Assembly (NCBI RefSeq): GCF_006345805.1
Contig: NC_043010.1
Coordinates: forward strand, 6,262,001-6,326,000
DNA length: 64,000 bases
Direction of reading: 5' to 3'
DNA from: Octopus sinensis
Taxonomy: Eukaryota
The notes under the pieces are model-generated. The model saw only the letters and a list, made by a program, of their open reading frames with translations, was not told the DNA's origin and did no database searches. Numbering within the stretch: the stretch's first letter is position 1; each line of letters starts with the position of its first letter. Shown here piece by piece: positions 63,866 to 64,000 of this stretch. The translations under genes and the position numbers were made by a program.

Positions 63866-64000
63866 AGTTTAAAAATAAACTCCTTAATTACACAAGCATG
63901 TAATCATTAATAACCCATTCATTCTTCCTAGCTGCATATAGATTGTTATTGTTGTGGTTTACCCTCGGCCATTTTAATTGAACAAGTTTTCTAGCCATAA

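Overview
AT-rich, repeat-dense eukaryotic DNA. The SINE/LINE repertoire and abundant TA/TATG/CA/CAT/AAT microsatellites resemble an Octopus genome (inferred from recalled repeat families, not searched). Almost all ORFs in the supplied track are microsatellite artefacts. Recognisable protein-coding remnants are all transposon-derived and broken: a Ty3/Gypsy pol (6500-8945, minus) split by a SINE, a DD41D-type Tc1/mariner with TIRs (19321-20605) also split by a SINE, a Tigger/pogo 3' end, a full-length but dead DD34D mariner (53242-54526), and RTE, CR1-group and R4/Dong LINE 3' fragments. There are also two piggyBac-type MITEs, a Helitron 3' end, at least four tRNA-headed SINE families and several local satellites. 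Host-gene evidence is limited to unverified candidate exons; the best is a minus-strand terminal exon at 17655-17935 with a SINE-free putative 3' UTR. The most interesting signals are a series of foldback (inverted-repeat) insertions at microsatellites, including a head-to-head pair of R4/Dong LINE 3' ends and a GC-rich hairpin with G-quadruplex motifs on both strands, and minimal hammerhead-ribozyme motifs of the Penelope type. No CRISPR array, rRNA or genuine tRNA gene was found. SINE family letters A, B, D, E and F are my own working labels.
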